64,000 bases of DNA, taken from positions 331 through 64,330 of the forward strand of contig JAGWBR010000013.1 of the NCBI GenBank assembly GCA_021295785.1, read 5' to 3'. The position numbers and the translations under genes are program-made. Shown here piece after piece: positions 62,436 to 64,000 of this stretch. Source of the DNA: Gemmatimonadota bacterium. GTDB taxonomy: Bacteria; Gemmatimonadota; Gemmatimonadetes; Palauibacterales; Palauibacteraceae. Numbering within the stretch: the stretch's first letter is position 1; every line of letters starts with the position of its first letter. Below the pieces are notes generated by a model. That model was given only the letters and a program-made list of their open reading frames with translations. It had not been told where the DNA came from and did no database searches.

Positions 62436-64000
62436 TCAACCGCCAGCGTCGGCACTGTCGGAAACGAAGATGGCCAACCCCGTCGCCTCTTCCAGGCTGC
62501 CGTCCACGAACCGCAGGCGCGAGATGTAGACCGTGGCAGCCCGGCTGCCCGCCCCGGTGGATGCCAGGTCGACCGCCATCCTGTCTCGCGGAAGGGAGAA
62601 AGAGTGCTCCCCTGTCCGCGCCGACTCTGCCGCCGCCGCTTCGAGCACGTGTGGGTAGGAGCCGGCAAGCCGCACGTCGCCCCACTCGATTACAAGCAAG
62701 GACTCGGTCTCGGATATCGTGGAGCGGATTTCGGTGGCGGGTTCGGGGGCCCCGGCGTAAAGGCCGTCCAACAAATCCATGTCCTCAATGATGAAGGTCG
62801 CGCCAGGGGCAACGAGTAACGCGTTGCCCCAGTCAGACGACGTGACCGTGCCCAGTCCTTCCAGGGCCACGCCGGCCGCTGCCGTGTATCCGAGCCGTGT
62901 CACGGCCAGCCGGCTCAGGCGGTCGGCGTCGCGCCCCCAGCCGGACAGAGGCTCTCCGCCGCCGGCAAGACCGGCGGCACCCTCTTGAAACCAAGGGGTC
63001 AGGGCCTGCTCACCGTGCATCTCCACCAGGTAGCCGAAGATGTCGCGCACCTGGGTAAGATCTTCAACCGAAATCTCGACCGGGGCCGCAGGGTACAGGG
63101 CCAGTATTCCGTCCAGCCGTCCGGCCTGGCTCCGCTGCGCAACGGAGTAGGCCGACCACGGGCCAACCAGCGTGAGGCCGGCGACGCAGGCCAGAGAGAG
63201 CGGAATCCAGCGAATCCCCGATGGTTTTCTGACAATCGCGAACGCCGAGGCGCCGGCCAGCCACACCGTCGCGGCGGCGAGCAGGAACCGGGCTTCGGAA
63301 ACGCCGTACTGGCCAATGCGCTGCCAAAGGGCGGCGGCCAGCATGCCGGTCTGGGGAAGCACCGCAACCCAGAACCAGCGCGAATACCGGTCAAGCCAGA
63401 TCCCCACCGGCCCCTCGCCACCGCGCTGCGGATACACCAGGAGCAGGGCGAGAATTCCGACCAGGGCCAACCAGGACACCATGAACCCGATCCACCCGCT
63501 CGGCCACTCGCCCAGGGCCAGCACGCGCACCATGTAGGCGGTGAGAATCAGAAAGTAGACGGCCACCAGCGGCAAGAGCACGTACTGGGCGAAAACACGC
63601 AAACCGACCGGATACTCTCCGCGCGGTTCGTCGACATCTGTCCGCGGAATCCCGGCAACGACGAACCATGTCTGGAAGAGAAACGCCATGAAGAAAAAGA
63701 GGCGTGCGTAGGTGAGGTCCGAGACATCCACGCCGAAGAGGTTGTCGAGACCCGCCAGCGCCGCGGACAGGCCCGCATAAAGAACGCCGGTGTAAACGGC
63801 CCCGAGCAGAAAACGCAGGAACAGTCTCTTGTTGAACTCCCAGAACTGTTGCTCTGGTCTGCCTCCCGGCGACCGTTCGCGCCCCAGAAACGGCGATACG
63901 GCCACCGCGAAATGAAGTGCCGCCCCCAGGTGGAAGACCCGCATCCCGACCCCGGTCTCCGTCCAGTTATCGAAGCTCCAGAAAAACAGGAACAGCACCG
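62436..64000 (-). CDS. Polytopic membrane protein with C-terminal soluble domain (possibly DUF4153-like); 5' end beyond the right edge of the window
   Basis: The frame is open to the window edge. At least 8 hydrophobic helices are followed by a roughly 200-aa non-membrane tail. The stop lies 17 nt upstream of the binding-protein start, so co-transcription is likely. Confidence 0.7.
   Translation of the reverse strand, partial: VLFLFFWSFDNWTETGVGMRVFHLGAALHFAVAVSPFLGRERSPGGRPEQQFWEFNKRLFLRFLLGAVYTGVLYAGLSAALAGLDNLFGVDVSDLTYARLFFFMAFLFQTWFVVAGIPRTDVDEPRGEYPVGLRVFAQYVLLPLVAVYFLILTAYMVRVLALGEWPSGWIGFMVSWLALVGILALLLVYPQRGGEGPVGIWLDRYSRWFWVAVLPQTGMLAAALWQRIGQYGVSEARFLLAAATVWLAGASAFAIVRKPSGIRWIPLSLACVAGLTLVGPWSAYSVAQRSQAGRLDGILALYPAAPVEISVEDLTQVRDIFGYLVEMHGEQALTPWFQEGAAGLAGGGEPLSGWGRDADRLSRLAVTRLGYTAAAGVALEGLGTVTSSDWGNALLVAPGATFIIEDMDLLDGLYAGAPEPATEIRSTISETESLLVIEWGDVRLAGSYPHVLEAAAAESARTGEHSFSLPRDRMAVDLASTGAGSRAATVYISRLRFVDGSLEEATGLAIFVSDSADAGG

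Overview
High-GC, gene-dense bacterial chromosomal segment of about 45 protein genes. I found no rRNA, tRNA or CRISPR array. Many neighbouring genes overlap by 1-16 nt at their stop/start junctions, so much of the window is organised in operons. Most content is ordinary envelope and metabolic biology. It includes an LRR protein, a 1901-aa Ig-like surface lipoprotein, an alpha-carbonic anhydrase, a penicillin-acylase-family hydrolase and Tat-exported oxidoreductase and amidase genes. It also includes an AtuA/acyl-CoA carboxyltransferase/enoyl-CoA hydratase cluster, an ECF sigma/anti-sigma/TonB-receptor unit, rng-rplU-rpmA and several transporters. Three decayed transposase relics are present (an IS110-type 3' end near 9.9 kb, an IS110-type 5' end near 50.2 kb, an IS3-type fragment near 57.0 kb); none is intact. 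The best candidates for undescribed biology are three. (1) A visibly lower-GC islet at about 50.2-57.1 kb, bracketed by two of the relics. It carries a Rieske oxygenase, a single ORF fusing a GPP34/GOLPH3-like domain to a cytochrome P450 with a non-canonical I-helix, and an RND pump lacking its usual partner genes. (2) A translationally coupled five-gene operon (35.8-49.0 kb). It links two transporters to a membrane-anchored pentaheme cytochrome-TPR protein and two FG-GAP/ASPIC (CRTAC1-type) lipoproteins. (3) A 789-aa protein (6.8-9.2 kb) in which I recognise no motif. All calls come from reading the supplied translations and the DNA by eye. No database search was run, so family assignments rest on recognised motifs. 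The gene content suggests a Gemmatimonadota-like or similar high-GC environmental bacterium, but this cannot be established from the sequence alone.
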